Source of the DNA: Deltaproteobacteria bacterium
Lineage (GTDB): Bacteria > Desulfobacterota > Binatia > UBA12015
DNA: 64,000 nt
Reading direction: 5' to 3'
Assembly (NCBI GenBank): GCA_029262355.1
Contig: JAJCZO010000416.1
Coordinates: forward strand, 74,973 to 138,972
Position numbers and translations under genes: made by a program. This document shows, in pieces, positions 26,374-35,808 of the stretch. Every line of letters begins with the position of its first letter. Position 1 is the stretch's first letter. The notes below the pieces were generated by a model. It did not search any database. It had not been told where the DNA came from and saw nothing but the letters and a program-made list of their open reading frames with translations.

Positions 26374-27390
26374 ATGGACGACCACGCACGAAAGGAGATT
26401 CATCGCGCACTGAGCTCGGCGCTTCAGCACCTTCATCAGCGGGGAGCCAAGCAGGAACGGGGTCGTGGACCGTCCCGGTCGAAGAAGGGCTCCCCACACG
26501 TCGAGCGATCGTGTGGGGCGTCGCGAGCCAACCATGCCATCGCGCCGCTTCTCGTGGAGACGGCGCACCTTCTGGAAGAGCAGAAGGCCAACCCCTTCCG
26601 GGTACGCGCCTACCGCAATGCCGCGGCGACGATCGAGAACCTCGAGCGGCCGGTGATCGACATCCTGCGCAGCGAGGGCCGTGCAGGTCTCGAGCGGATT
26701 CGCGGAATCGGACGATCGCTCGCACGCTCGATCGAGCAGATCGCCCTGAGTGGCCACTTCGGATTGCTCGACAACCTGCGCGGACACGCCGACCCCGAAC
26801 ACCTCATCCGAGCGGTGCCCGGGCTCGGCCCCGAGCTCGCCCACCGCATTCACACCGAACTCGGGATCGAGACACTTCCGGAACTCGAAGCCGCCGCGTA
26901 CGACGGTCGACTCGGGCGTATGTCCGGGATCGGCGTGGGACGTCTGCGAAGAGTGCGCAGCGCGCTCAATGAGTTCCTGCATCCCCGCCACGGCGTTCGT
27001 ACGACCGGGCTCGTTGGGGTCCTGAAGATGGAGCCGGAACCGTCGGTGCGCGAGATCCTGAGCGTTGACCAGGAGTATCGCACGGCCGAAGCGCAACGAC
27101 GGCTGCCGCACATTGCACCGCGGCGCCTCAATCCGAGCGACGAAGCATGGCTCCCCATCCTTCATACCGAACGCGGCGATCGCCACTACACGGCCCTGTA
27201 TTCGAACACCGAGCGGGCACACCGCCTGGCGAAGACGCATGATTGGGTCGTCGTCTACCGCGACGACGACGACGGTCACGGCCAATGGACGGTCGTGACC
27301 GAGCATCGTGGACGCATGGCCGGGCAGCGCGTCGTGCGTGGGCGGGAGGGCGAATGCGCGCGACTCGCCGCAGCGAAGACGGCCTCCTGA
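26374..27390 (+). CDS. DNA polymerase beta-like N-terminal (8 kDa lyase + HhH fingers) domain protein lacking the palm/thumb and PHP domains
   Basis: Strong match to the PolX N-terminus (NPFRVRAYRNAAATIENLERP ... RIRGIGRSLARSIEQI ... VPGLGPELAHRIHTELGIETLPELE). No nucleotidyltransferase catalytic Asp triad or PHP domain follows. The C-terminal 130 aa are unrelated (DDDDGHGQWTVV). Confidence 0.55.
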   Translation: MDDHARKEIHRALSSALQHLHQRGAKQERGRGPSRSKKGSPHVERSCGASRANHAIAPLLVETAHLLEEQKANPFRVRAYRNAAATIENLERPVIDILRSEGRAGLERIRGIGRSLARSIEQIALSGHFGLLDNLRGHADPEHLIRAVPGLGPELAHRIHTELGIETLPELEAAAYDGRLGRMSGIGVGRLRRVRSALNEFLHPRHGVRTTGLVGVLKMEPEPSVREILSVDQEYRTAEAQRRLPHIAPRRLNPSDEAWLPILHTERGDRHYTALYSNTERAHRLAKTHDWVVVYRDDDDGHGQWTVVTEHRGRMAGQRVVRGREGECARLAAAKTAS

Positions 27391-27541
27391 TCCGAGTGGG
27401 GAAGAAGGACAGGCAAGGGCACCACGCGTGCCAGGACCCGCTGCGATTCGCGGCTCCGACCCTGCGACGCGGCCCGGTGAGGGCGGTCGTTTCCGTCTCG
27501 CCGTCGGCGAGAACCCCTTCGGCACGGTGTCGCGCTTGTCC

Positions 27542-28951
27542 TCAGCTGGAGGCCGCGTGGGCGAGATCGCCCACGGTGGCGGAGAGTTCGGCCAGAGCGC
27601 GCACCATTCCTTCGGTGATTTCGTGCGGGTCGGGCACGAGTGCCGGACAGGTGAGCACGCCGATCTCGAGTCGATCGACGTAGCTCCAGAGGGTGACGTT
27701 CAATCCCACGCCCTCGATCACTGGACCGACCGAGAAGATGTCGACGAGCTTGGCTTGGGCCCAGCCAAGCGTGACACGCGGTCCAGGGACGGACGACACG
27801 ATCACGTTGATGGGGGGCCGGTGACGGTTCGCGAGCCGCAGCCGTGAGTAGAGGCGCATCGCGCCGGCGAAGGGGCGGGGAGGGGCGTACCCCGCCCAGT
27901 CACCGTAGAGATCGGCTCCCAAGAGTGAATGGAGCTCTTTTGCACTGCTGGTCGTGGCGTGGGTTGCGCGCAGACGTTCTCCCGGGTCGGCAACGTCGGT
28001 GCGAAGCGCGGTGAAGATGTTCGAGAGCTCGTTGCCTCCGAGTCGACGGCTCCCCTCGGATCTCGTCGAAGCCGGCACCTCGGCGACGAGAGGCATCGAT
28101 GGAAGCGCTGCGCGCGCCGTGAGATAGTCGCGCACGGCGCCGGCGACCAGAGCCAGCGATACGTCTCCCACCGTGACGCCATACGCGTTCTTGACGGCCT
28201 TCACCTCCGCGAGCGAGACCGACGTGTGAGCAAAGGCTCGCTCCGAGGTCAGTGCACCGTTGAGAAGAGTCCGGGGACTATCGAGGAGAGGAAGAGGAGG
28301 GGTCGTCTTCTGCACGCGGCGCCGACGGCCCACGGCTCGAAGGCCGGTCGCCGTGCGGCGCAACAAGCCGGGCAGTTGTCGAAGCTGGCGCCCGTGGTCG
28401 ACCGACGCGTCGCGCAGGAGTCGACCGATCGAAGGCATGGGCTCGGCCGCGGGAACATCCGCCGGAGTCTCGTCCTGTCCGTGCGGTGGATCCATGACGT
28501 TCGCCAGAAGATCGGACACCGCGACCCCGTCTGCCAAGGCGTGGTGGATCTTCACGACCGCGGCGATTCGCCCCCCCGCGAGACCGTCGACGAGCCAGAG
28601 CTCCCAAAGCGGAACCGAGCGATCGAGCGGTGTGCTCGCGATTCGGCTGACGATGGCGTCGAGCTCTCGCGGCCCACCCGGTATCGGCGCGGTCATCAAC
28701 TGCACGTGGTGCGAAAGGTCTGGGTCGACGGTGATCCAAACGGGATGGTGGAAGCCGAACGGGAGGTCGACCAATCGACGTCGGAACGGTGGAAGGCGTG
28801 GCAGCCTTGGCTTCAGCGCCGCTCGAACGCTTTCGATGTCGGTGACCGCTCCGGGCCCCACCTCGAGCACGGCAACCTTCATCGTATGCGTGTGCAGGCT
28901 CGGCGTTTCTAGGTAGAGGAGGTTCGCGTCGACTCCGCTCAGTCGTTCCAC
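27542..28951 (-). CDS. wax ester synthase/diacylglycerol acyltransferase (WS/DGAT) family protein
   Basis: 469 aa. Catalytic HHxxxDG motif (KIHHALADGV). Characteristic WS/DGAT N-terminal domain (MERLSGVDANLLYLETP) and C-terminal domain. Confidence 0.85.
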   Translation of the reverse strand: MERLSGVDANLLYLETPSLHTHTMKVAVLEVGPGAVTDIESVRAALKPRLPRLPPFRRRLVDLPFGFHHPVWITVDPDLSHHVQLMTAPIPGGPRELDAIVSRIASTPLDRSVPLWELWLVDGLAGGRIAAVVKIHHALADGVAVSDLLANVMDPPHGQDETPADVPAAEPMPSIGRLLRDASVDHGRQLRQLPGLLRRTATGLRAVGRRRRVQKTTPPLPLLDSPRTLLNGALTSERAFAHTSVSLAEVKAVKNAYGVTVGDVSLALVAGAVRDYLTARAALPSMPLVAEVPASTRSEGSRRLGGNELSNIFTALRTDVADPGERLRATHATTSSAKELHSLLGADLYGDWAGYAPPRPFAGAMRLYSRLRLANRHRPPINVIVSSVPGPRVTLGWAQAKLVDIFSVGPVIEGVGLNVTLWSYVDRLEIGVLTCPALVPDPHEITEGMVRALAELSATVGDLAHAASS

Positions 28952-28952
28952 C

Positions 28953-31085
28953 TCATGCCTCCGATGGCGGCCCGGCCGCCCGATTCCCCGTCACGAGACG
29001 GCCTAGGCGACTCAGAATGGGGAACGGGTGCTCGGTGGCGAGCCGGTCCAGCGTCTCCTGCATGGTGGTGGTGATCTCGTCGTAGCAGCGCTTCACGATC
29101 GCAGGATCGTCGGCGGCCTCGGGCGGCAACTCGCCCCAGTTCATTGGCTCACAGATCTGCATGGTGATCTTCGCGGGCAGGGGCAACCCGGGTACTCCCG
29201 CCGTCGAGAGCCCCCACGGGATCTGCAAGGCGATCGGGAACGTGGTCATGCGTAGGCGCTCGAGCCCGAGCAGCGAGCTGATCTGGTCGCCGCGCGTAAG
29301 GATGACGGTGGAGCTGTGGCCGCCGTGACCGACAACCGGCACGACGGGAACACCCAACTGCAACGCGAGCTTCACGAAGCCCATTCGATCACCGAAGTCG
29401 ATTCGATTCCGATCCGACCAGGGCCGAAATGCCTCGCGTTCCCCACCGGGGTAGACGAGCACCGGGTGACCTTCTGCCAATGCCCGGCGGGCGTTCTCTC
29501 GATTCGCCGGCACCTCGCCGATTCGTCTCATGAGCGTGCGGAAGCCGGGAATGCCGAAGGCCGCGTCGAACGCCAGGCCCACCAACGGGCGCTCGATCCC
29601 CTGCGTGCGGTACCAATGCGCGAAGAACACGCTCGTATCGGGCGTCAGAACTCCGCCCGAGTGGTTGCCGACGAGAAGCACGGGGCCCTGGCGTGGTATG
29701 CGGTCGAATCCCCTCACCTCCGCATCGAACCAACTCGCGAGCGTCTCCATGTACGGAAGGAGGCCCTGCAGGAAGTCCACGTCGAGCTGGAAGGGCGCCT
29801 CGGCAACCTCGCGCTCCGTTGCGCTCGCCCACCACTGAACCGGGTCGAGGCTCGACGCGGTTTCCCACAGATCCTTTGCGAACGTGGTCAGGTCCGTCGG
29901 AACGGCGAAGCTCCGCGGCCTCGGTCGCGGCAGACCGGGTCTCCGAGAACGGTACACCGCATCCACGAGCTCGTGGGTCCGCGGGTCGCCGGTTAGGCCG
30001 AACCGCATCTGGGTCGAGACGTATCCGAACGACAGCCCCTCGGCCGGGTCGGCGAAACCCAGTGCGCCGCCGGCGCCCGGATGACCGAAGCTCCGCGGCC
30101 CGCAGCCCGGCGCGAGCGACGGTGGCAGCATGAAGCCGAGTCCATACCGCGAGGGGATGTACAGCACCTTGTCTGCCCCCGAAGCCTGCTCGGTCGTCGC
30201 ACGTTCGACCGTTGCTTGCGAGAGGAGGCGTCGACCGTCGACCTCGCCAATGAGGGACGCGTAGAGGCGCGCAAGCGAGCGAGCGTCGCTCACACCGTTG
30301 GACGACGGCATCTCCGCGGCGAGTAGGTCCGGACGGTTCCACATCTCGTCGTAGGCGAAGAGCGACGAGGGGCCACTCATCACGCGACCGGCCAGCGAGC
30401 CCGCACCGAGAAGACCGACGAGAGACGAGAGACCGCCCCCGGGAGGAATCATTGGTGCGAAGCGTGCCAGCTCGCTGCTCGGAAGACCGATCCGAAGATC
30501 CAGCCCGAGAGGGGCGGCGATCTCGTCGGCAAAGAACCGGCCGAGGCTGCGGCCCGTGACGCGCCGAACCACCTCGCCCAGAATCCAGCCGTAGGAACGG
30601 GCATGGTACCCGTGAGCCGAGCCCGGCTCCCAGTTGGGCGCCTGCGCCGCAATGGCCCTCACGACCGGATCCCATGCGAAGATCTCCTCGAGCGTCAGGT
30701 CGCCCTCGACGGCAGCCAGGCCGGCCTGATGCGATAGGACCCAGCGCAGCGGGATCTCTGCCTTCCCGGACGCCCCAAACTCTGGCCAATAGCGGGCGAC
30801 CGGGGCGTCCAGATCCAGGAGGCCGCGCTCGACCAAGAGGTGAATGCAAACCGCCGTAGCGCCCTTCGTGGCAGAGAAGATCAGGGCGACGGTGTCGTCG
30901 TTCCAGGGCTGCGTCTGCGCGCGGTCGGCGAACCCTCCGTAGAGATCCGCGACGGGTCTTCCGTCTAGATAGACACAACACGCCGCGCCCACGTCTGCGT
31001 GATTCTCGAAGCAGGAAGCGAAGGCCTCCTGCACGAGCTCGAAGCCTGGCGCAACGAATCCATGTATTGGAGGAGGAGTTTGCAT
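28953..31085 (-). CDS. bifunctional-architecture protein: beta-lactamase-fold serine hydrolase (esterase) fused to a lysophospholipid acyltransferase (PlsC-like) domain
   Basis: N-terminal domain with SxxK (FSATKG) and a class-C/EstB-like fold. C-terminal domain with the acyltransferase motifs NHSGG (HxxxxD-type block I variant), the VYPGGERE block and a PVVPV block. 710 aa. Confidence 0.75.
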   Translation of the reverse strand: MQTPPPIHGFVAPGFELVQEAFASCFENHADVGAACCVYLDGRPVADLYGGFADRAQTQPWNDDTVALIFSATKGATAVCIHLLVERGLLDLDAPVARYWPEFGASGKAEIPLRWVLSHQAGLAAVEGDLTLEEIFAWDPVVRAIAAQAPNWEPGSAHGYHARSYGWILGEVVRRVTGRSLGRFFADEIAAPLGLDLRIGLPSSELARFAPMIPPGGGLSSLVGLLGAGSLAGRVMSGPSSLFAYDEMWNRPDLLAAEMPSSNGVSDARSLARLYASLIGEVDGRRLLSQATVERATTEQASGADKVLYIPSRYGLGFMLPPSLAPGCGPRSFGHPGAGGALGFADPAEGLSFGYVSTQMRFGLTGDPRTHELVDAVYRSRRPGLPRPRPRSFAVPTDLTTFAKDLWETASSLDPVQWWASATEREVAEAPFQLDVDFLQGLLPYMETLASWFDAEVRGFDRIPRQGPVLLVGNHSGGVLTPDTSVFFAHWYRTQGIERPLVGLAFDAAFGIPGFRTLMRRIGEVPANRENARRALAEGHPVLVYPGGEREAFRPWSDRNRIDFGDRMGFVKLALQLGVPVVPVVGHGGHSSTVILTRGDQISSLLGLERLRMTTFPIALQIPWGLSTAGVPGLPLPAKITMQICEPMNWGELPPEAADDPAIVKRCYDEITTTMQETLDRLATEHPFPILSRLGRLVTGNRAAGPPSEA

Positions 31086-31222
31086 CCGTGCGAGCCGCCG
31101 CCGACCTATCTCGCAAACCTCGTGCCGCCCAGAACTCGCTAGTTTCGCTGCAGGCGCCGTCGGGCGATCTCGTATCTGAGAACGTGGGGCCTCGGGTGGT
31201 CAAACCTCGGAATGAAGAACCG

Positions 31223-33007
31223 TCAACGAAACGTGAACCGGCCGGCGCGGATCGCGCTCAACCGCATGGTGTCCAGCCGTACGTAACGGTCGCCCTCGAG
31301 CACGAAGAGAGAGTCCGCGACGAGCTCTGGGTCGTATCCCTCGCGGCGGTACTCGGCCTTGCGCTGCTTGAAGGTTCCCGTCAGGCGCATCTCGCCGAGC
31401 AGGCGCACGAAGTACGGTCTCTGGTAGACAGCGAGTCTCTCCCGAACGACGTTCGCAAAGGCGTCGATCGAGAATGTCTCGTCACAACGCAGGCTGACCA
31501 TCCCGGCACGGCCCTCGCTCCCGGCGACCTCCACGCCGTACACGGTCGACTCGAGCACACCCGGCGCACCATTGAGGATCTCGGCCACTTCGGTCGTCGA
31601 AACGTTCTCTCCCTTCCATCGGAACGTATCGCCAAGGCGGTCAGCGAACGATACCCAGCCGCCGTCGTGAAGGACCATCAGGTCGCCCGTATCGAAGTAC
31701 CGATCGCCGGCGCCAAAGAGGTTCGTACGGATCTTCTTGTTCGTAGCGGCGACATCGATGTAGCCATCGTAGGGTGCGACGATCGAAATGCGTCCGAGCA
31801 GCAGGCCCGTCTCGCCGACCGAGACCCGTCGGCACCACCCGTCGGCACCGCAGAAAAGCTCTCCCGTTTCCGGGTCGCAACGCACGATCACCTGACCACC
31901 GCGAAGGCGGCCGACCATGCCCGGTCGACCCGCCACGTTCACGAGCGCCACGTTGCCTTCGGTGGCGCCGTAGAACTCGCGGATCAGCGGGATCTGGAAC
32001 CGCGTCTGGAACCGCTCCCAGATGTCCGGACGCAGACCGTTCCCCATCGCGATTCTCAAACGATGGCGCGCCTCGTCCGCGCGCGCGGGCTGGTTCAGCA
32101 GATAACGGCAAAGCTCCCCGATGTAGATGAATGCCGTCGCCTCGAAGCGACGCACGTCGTTCCAGAATTCCGACGCCGAGAAGCGGCGACGAAGCGCCAT
32201 GCACGCCCCCGTCGCAAGTGCGGCACTCCAACCCGCGAGCATTGCATTGGTGTGATAGAGCGGCAGCGTCACGTAGACGACGTCTGTCGGGCCGAGATCC
32301 ATGATTCCGGCGCCAAAGAATCCGCCGCCCAAGAGAAGCCGTGAGTTCTTGATCACGGCCGCCTTCGGCAGCCCCGTCGTCCCCGATGTGTAGATGTAGC
32401 AGGCCGGCTCGTCGGGCAGGGGAAGCCCGACCCTGGGTGCGGCGCCGTCCGCGCCCGCTGCGTGGTCATCCAGGGATGCGAATACCGTCGGCAGGTGCGT
32501 CCCCTCCGGGTCGCGGACGACGTACACGGTAGGATCGATGCCGGCGTCGTCGTCGGCGAGAAGGGCCGCGAGCTTCTCCGAGTGCTCTTCCCCGACCACG
32601 ATCAGCCGAGGCTTTGCCGTCGAGAGCGCGTGTGCGAGAGCCGGACCGGCCACGTTGGTATTGACGAGCGCGCCAACCGCGCGAAGGCGAGAGAGCGCCC
32701 CTAAGATCACCAGGTACGCGGGCCGGCTGTCCATCAGCAGCGTCACGACATCCCCCGGGCGCACACCTAGATCGTGCAGCGCCCGGGCATATCGCGTGAC
32801 CTCTCGGTCGAGATCGGCCCACGAGAACCGGTCGTCGCCGTAGGCGAGGCCGATGTCGACGGGCGACACCCGCGCGCGTTCCTCCAGAAGCGCCGCGAGG
32901 TTCCAATGAGTCCCTGGAAGACCGCGACGCAGGTGTGGAACCACGCGAGCCATCGCGCCCAGCTCCGCCAGCCAGTCGCGCAAACCTCCAGGAATCAACG
33001 ACGACAT
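31223..33007 (-). CDS. long-chain acyl-CoA synthetase (AMP-dependent synthetase/ligase; FATP/FadD6-like)
   Basis: AMP-binding motif YIYTSGTTGLPKAAV. Adenylation core motifs (YGATE, GELCV-like). 594 aa. Confidence 0.85.
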   Translation of the reverse strand: MSSLIPGGLRDWLAELGAMARVVPHLRRGLPGTHWNLAALLEERARVSPVDIGLAYGDDRFSWADLDREVTRYARALHDLGVRPGDVVTLLMDSRPAYLVILGALSRLRAVGALVNTNVAGPALAHALSTAKPRLIVVGEEHSEKLAALLADDDAGIDPTVYVVRDPEGTHLPTVFASLDDHAAGADGAAPRVGLPLPDEPACYIYTSGTTGLPKAAVIKNSRLLLGGGFFGAGIMDLGPTDVVYVTLPLYHTNAMLAGWSAALATGACMALRRRFSASEFWNDVRRFEATAFIYIGELCRYLLNQPARADEARHRLRIAMGNGLRPDIWERFQTRFQIPLIREFYGATEGNVALVNVAGRPGMVGRLRGGQVIVRCDPETGELFCGADGWCRRVSVGETGLLLGRISIVAPYDGYIDVAATNKKIRTNLFGAGDRYFDTGDLMVLHDGGWVSFADRLGDTFRWKGENVSTTEVAEILNGAPGVLESTVYGVEVAGSEGRAGMVSLRCDETFSIDAFANVVRERLAVYQRPYFVRLLGEMRLTGTFKQRKAEYRREGYDPELVADSLFVLEGDRYVRLDTMRLSAIRAGRFTFR

Positions 33008-33312
33008 CAGATCGGCTCCTCCTTGTTTCAGGTGGATGCGGTACGCGACTTTCGTTCGCCGTTGGTCTTGGGCTTGGCCATGATCGCTCCTCCTAGGTCG
33101 GAGGAAGTTCAGCGCAATCGCCGTGCCGACGAGAAGAGTGCGTCCCGTGGTCGTCGGTAGCGGGATTCTCTCGGGGATGGGAAAGATCCCGGGGGCCTAT
33201 GGCGGAGGCGAGAATGGCCGGCCTGGTCGACCCTTGGTCGTTGTCGGGTGTGCGAGCCACCGCGGGGGCAGGGCGGTTGCCCCCGCGGTGGTCACATGCA
33301 AATGCGGTTCCC

Positions 33313-35793
33313 ATGAAGTCCGCGGACGTGACGACCCGTCGCTGGAGATTGACGTGGGTGATTGCCCTGGCGGGGGTTCTCGCGTCGGTCTCGGTGGCGC
33401 GCGTCCTCCAGAACCGAGAGATTCGCCTCGGGGAGGCCGAGTTCCGGTTGCGGGCGGAGGAGCGTCTGGTTGCGATTGAGCACGAGTTCACGGCGGTGAA
33501 CATGGTGGTCGAGGCCCTTGCGGCACTGTTCGATTCGTCCAACGAGATCGGCCGCTCCCAGTTCCGCGCCTTCACCGCTCCCTTGCTGGCACGCCTGAGC
33601 AGCATTCAAGCGCTCTCTTTCAACCGACGGGTCACCGAGGCGGAGAGGCTTCGCTACGAGGAAGACTACCGGACCGCCGAGGTTCCCGACTATCAAATCA
33701 CGCAGCGCGCAGTCGGCGGAGGAGTCGAGAGAGCATCCGATCGCCCCGAGCATGTCGTCGTTCAGTACATCGAGCCCTACGTCGGCAACGAGCGCGCTCT
33801 TGGATCCGATCTCGCAGCCGAGCGAGTGCGACGCGAGGCGCTCGCTCGCGCCCGTGACACGGGCGCGACTGCGACGACGGGCCGAATTTCGCTCGTCCAG
33901 GCCGACGATGACCCCGTTGGCGTGCTCGTGGCTCACCCCGCCTATCGCACAGGAGCGCCGATCGATACGCTCGACGATCGTCGGCGGAACCTCGTCGGCT
34001 ACGCGGTTGCTGTCTACCGGATCGATGAGGCCGTCCGCCTGGCTCAGGGACGCTTGGGGTCGGAGGGGATCGAGCTTCGATTGATCGACCTCGGGGCCGA
34101 ACCCGGCCCGGAACGACTCAGCCCCGTTGCGCAAGATGGTTCCCCGGCTACCGGGCGCGGCGTTTCTGGCTTCTTTCAGCCTCCGCCGCCAACCGTGTAT
34201 GGGAGGTTCGTGGTCGGAGGCCGGACGTGGGTCACCGTCGCGAGTCCGTCCGCAAAGCAATGGCGGACCCGTTCGCGGACGACCGGTGCCGCCGCGGTGC
34301 TGTTCGCGGGGCTCCTGATCACCGGGCTGGTAGTCGGTTACGTCGCTAGACAAGAGAAGATGAACTCTGCGCTCCGGGCGGAGATCGCAGACCGAGCGCG
34401 CGCCGAGGAAGAGAGCCGACGCAGCGAAAGCCGGTATCGCCACGTCGTGGAAGACCAGACGGACCTCATCGTTCGTTGGCACGCGGACGGACTGCGTAGC
34501 TTCGTGAGTCAGGCCTACTGCGAGCACTTCGGGCTCACGCAGGACGAGTGTCTCGGGAGCAGCATCTTCTCGGTCGTGCACGAAGAGGACCTTTCAGAGG
34601 TCAAGCAGCGGCTCGGCCGCCTGTCTGCCGAGAATCAGGTCTCGACCGGAACGCACCGGGTGGTCCTGTCCGACGGTCGGGTCCGCTGGCAGCAATGGAC
34701 GGACAGGGCGATCCTCGACGACGGAGGCGAGATCAAGGAATTCCAGTCGGTCGGCCGCGACATCACCGAGCAAAAGGAAGCGGAAGCGCGCCAGGCTCTA
34801 CTCACGAGCGAGCTCGACCATCGGGTGAAGAACACGCTAGCGACCGTGCTCGCGTTGGCCGCCGAGACGGGTGCGCACTCCAACAGCGTTCCGGGGTTCC
34901 AGGACGCGTTCAGCGGTCGGCTCCAGAGCATGGCCCGAGCCCACGAAGCGCTGGCCCGCAACATGTGGAACGGCGTCGATCTGGACGAGCTGGCTCGAGT
35001 CACCCTGGAACCCAGCGGGGAAGGAGGGGCGGCACGCGTCGTCGTCGAAGCGGCCAGCATCCGGCTTCCTGCGCGGTCGGTTCAGCCCGTGGCGGTCCTA
35101 CTGAACGAGCTCATGACGAACGCGCTCAAGCACGGGGCGCTCTCCGCCGCCGCCGGGAAGGTCCATCTCCGCTGTGAGCCGACGGCAGACGAGGGAGTCG
35201 ATCTCGAGTGGGTGGAAAGCGGGGGCCCGCCGCCCACGGCGCCGGGGAACCACGGTCTGGGATTGTCGTTGGTGAGTGATCTGATCGAACAAGAACTCGG
35301 GGGAAGCATCGAGCTTGGATTCCCGCGAAGCGGGTTTCGCTGTCGCATCCACATCGACCTGAGCCTCGATGCCCCCCACGAGACGCCGCCCGCAGCGCCG
35401 ACGCCCCGGATTGAGCGCGACGATCTCGACGACGCGCGTTCGCTGATGCGGATCCTCGTCGTAGAGGACGACCACCTGCAATCGAGGAGGATGGTGCAGC
35501 TCCTCACCGAGCTCGGATGTGAGGTCGTGGGCCCCATCGGGCGGCTGGACGCGGCCCTCCGAGCGGCCCGCGATTCGTGTCTCGATGGAGCCGTACTCGA
35601 CGTTGATCTGCGCGGCGAGAGCAGCATCGCTGTGGCCAGTCTGTTGGCGGACCGGGGTTGCCCCTTTGTTTTCGTAACGGGTTTCGCCCACCTCGACGGC
35701 CTGCCCGGTTTTCTCTCGCGCGTCTCTCATCTGACGAAGCCTGTTTCACGGTACGATCTCGAGACGACGATCCGCGCGTTTCGCGCGGTCTGA
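33313..35793 (+). CDS. hybrid sensor histidine kinase: CHASE-like periplasmic sensor, TM, PAS, HWE/HisKA_2-type kinase, C-terminal receiver domain
   Basis: N-terminal TM (WVIALAGVLASVSVA). Extracytoplasmic CHASE-like region. Second TM (AAAVLFAGLLITGLVVGYV). PAS (YRHVVEDQTDLIVRW). HisKA_2 H-box (ELDHRVKNTLATV). HATPase region (LLNELMTNALKHG ... GLGLSLV). Receiver domain (ILVVEDDHLQ ... LDVDL ... TKP). Confidence 0.8.
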   Translation: MKSADVTTRRWRLTWVIALAGVLASVSVARVLQNREIRLGEAEFRLRAEERLVAIEHEFTAVNMVVEALAALFDSSNEIGRSQFRAFTAPLLARLSSIQALSFNRRVTEAERLRYEEDYRTAEVPDYQITQRAVGGGVERASDRPEHVVVQYIEPYVGNERALGSDLAAERVRREALARARDTGATATTGRISLVQADDDPVGVLVAHPAYRTGAPIDTLDDRRRNLVGYAVAVYRIDEAVRLAQGRLGSEGIELRLIDLGAEPGPERLSPVAQDGSPATGRGVSGFFQPPPPTVYGRFVVGGRTWVTVASPSAKQWRTRSRTTGAAAVLFAGLLITGLVVGYVARQEKMNSALRAEIADRARAEEESRRSESRYRHVVEDQTDLIVRWHADGLRSFVSQAYCEHFGLTQDECLGSSIFSVVHEEDLSEVKQRLGRLSAENQVSTGTHRVVLSDGRVRWQQWTDRAILDDGGEIKEFQSVGRDITEQKEAEARQALLTSELDHRVKNTLATVLALAAETGAHSNSVPGFQDAFSGRLQSMARAHEALARNMWNGVDLDELARVTLEPSGEGGAARVVVEAASIRLPARSVQPVAVLLNELMTNALKHGALSAAAGKVHLRCEPTADEGVDLEWVESGGPPPTAPGNHGLGLSLVSDLIEQELGGSIELGFPRSGFRCRIHIDLSLDAPHETPPAAPTPRIERDDLDDARSLMRILVVEDDHLQSRRMVQLLTELGCEVVGPIGRLDAALRAARDSCLDGAVLDVDLRGESSIAVASLLADRGCPFVFVTGFAHLDGLPGFLSRVSHLTKPVSRYDLETTIRAFRAV

Positions 35794-35808
35794 GCGTGTC
35801 CGCGCGCC

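Noticed and set aside
29389-31203. 604-aa minus-strand ORF in another frame across the hydrolase-acyltransferase gene
   Set aside because: Arg/Gly/Pro-dominated translation. The alternative frame (28953..31085) carries SxxK and acyltransferase motifs.
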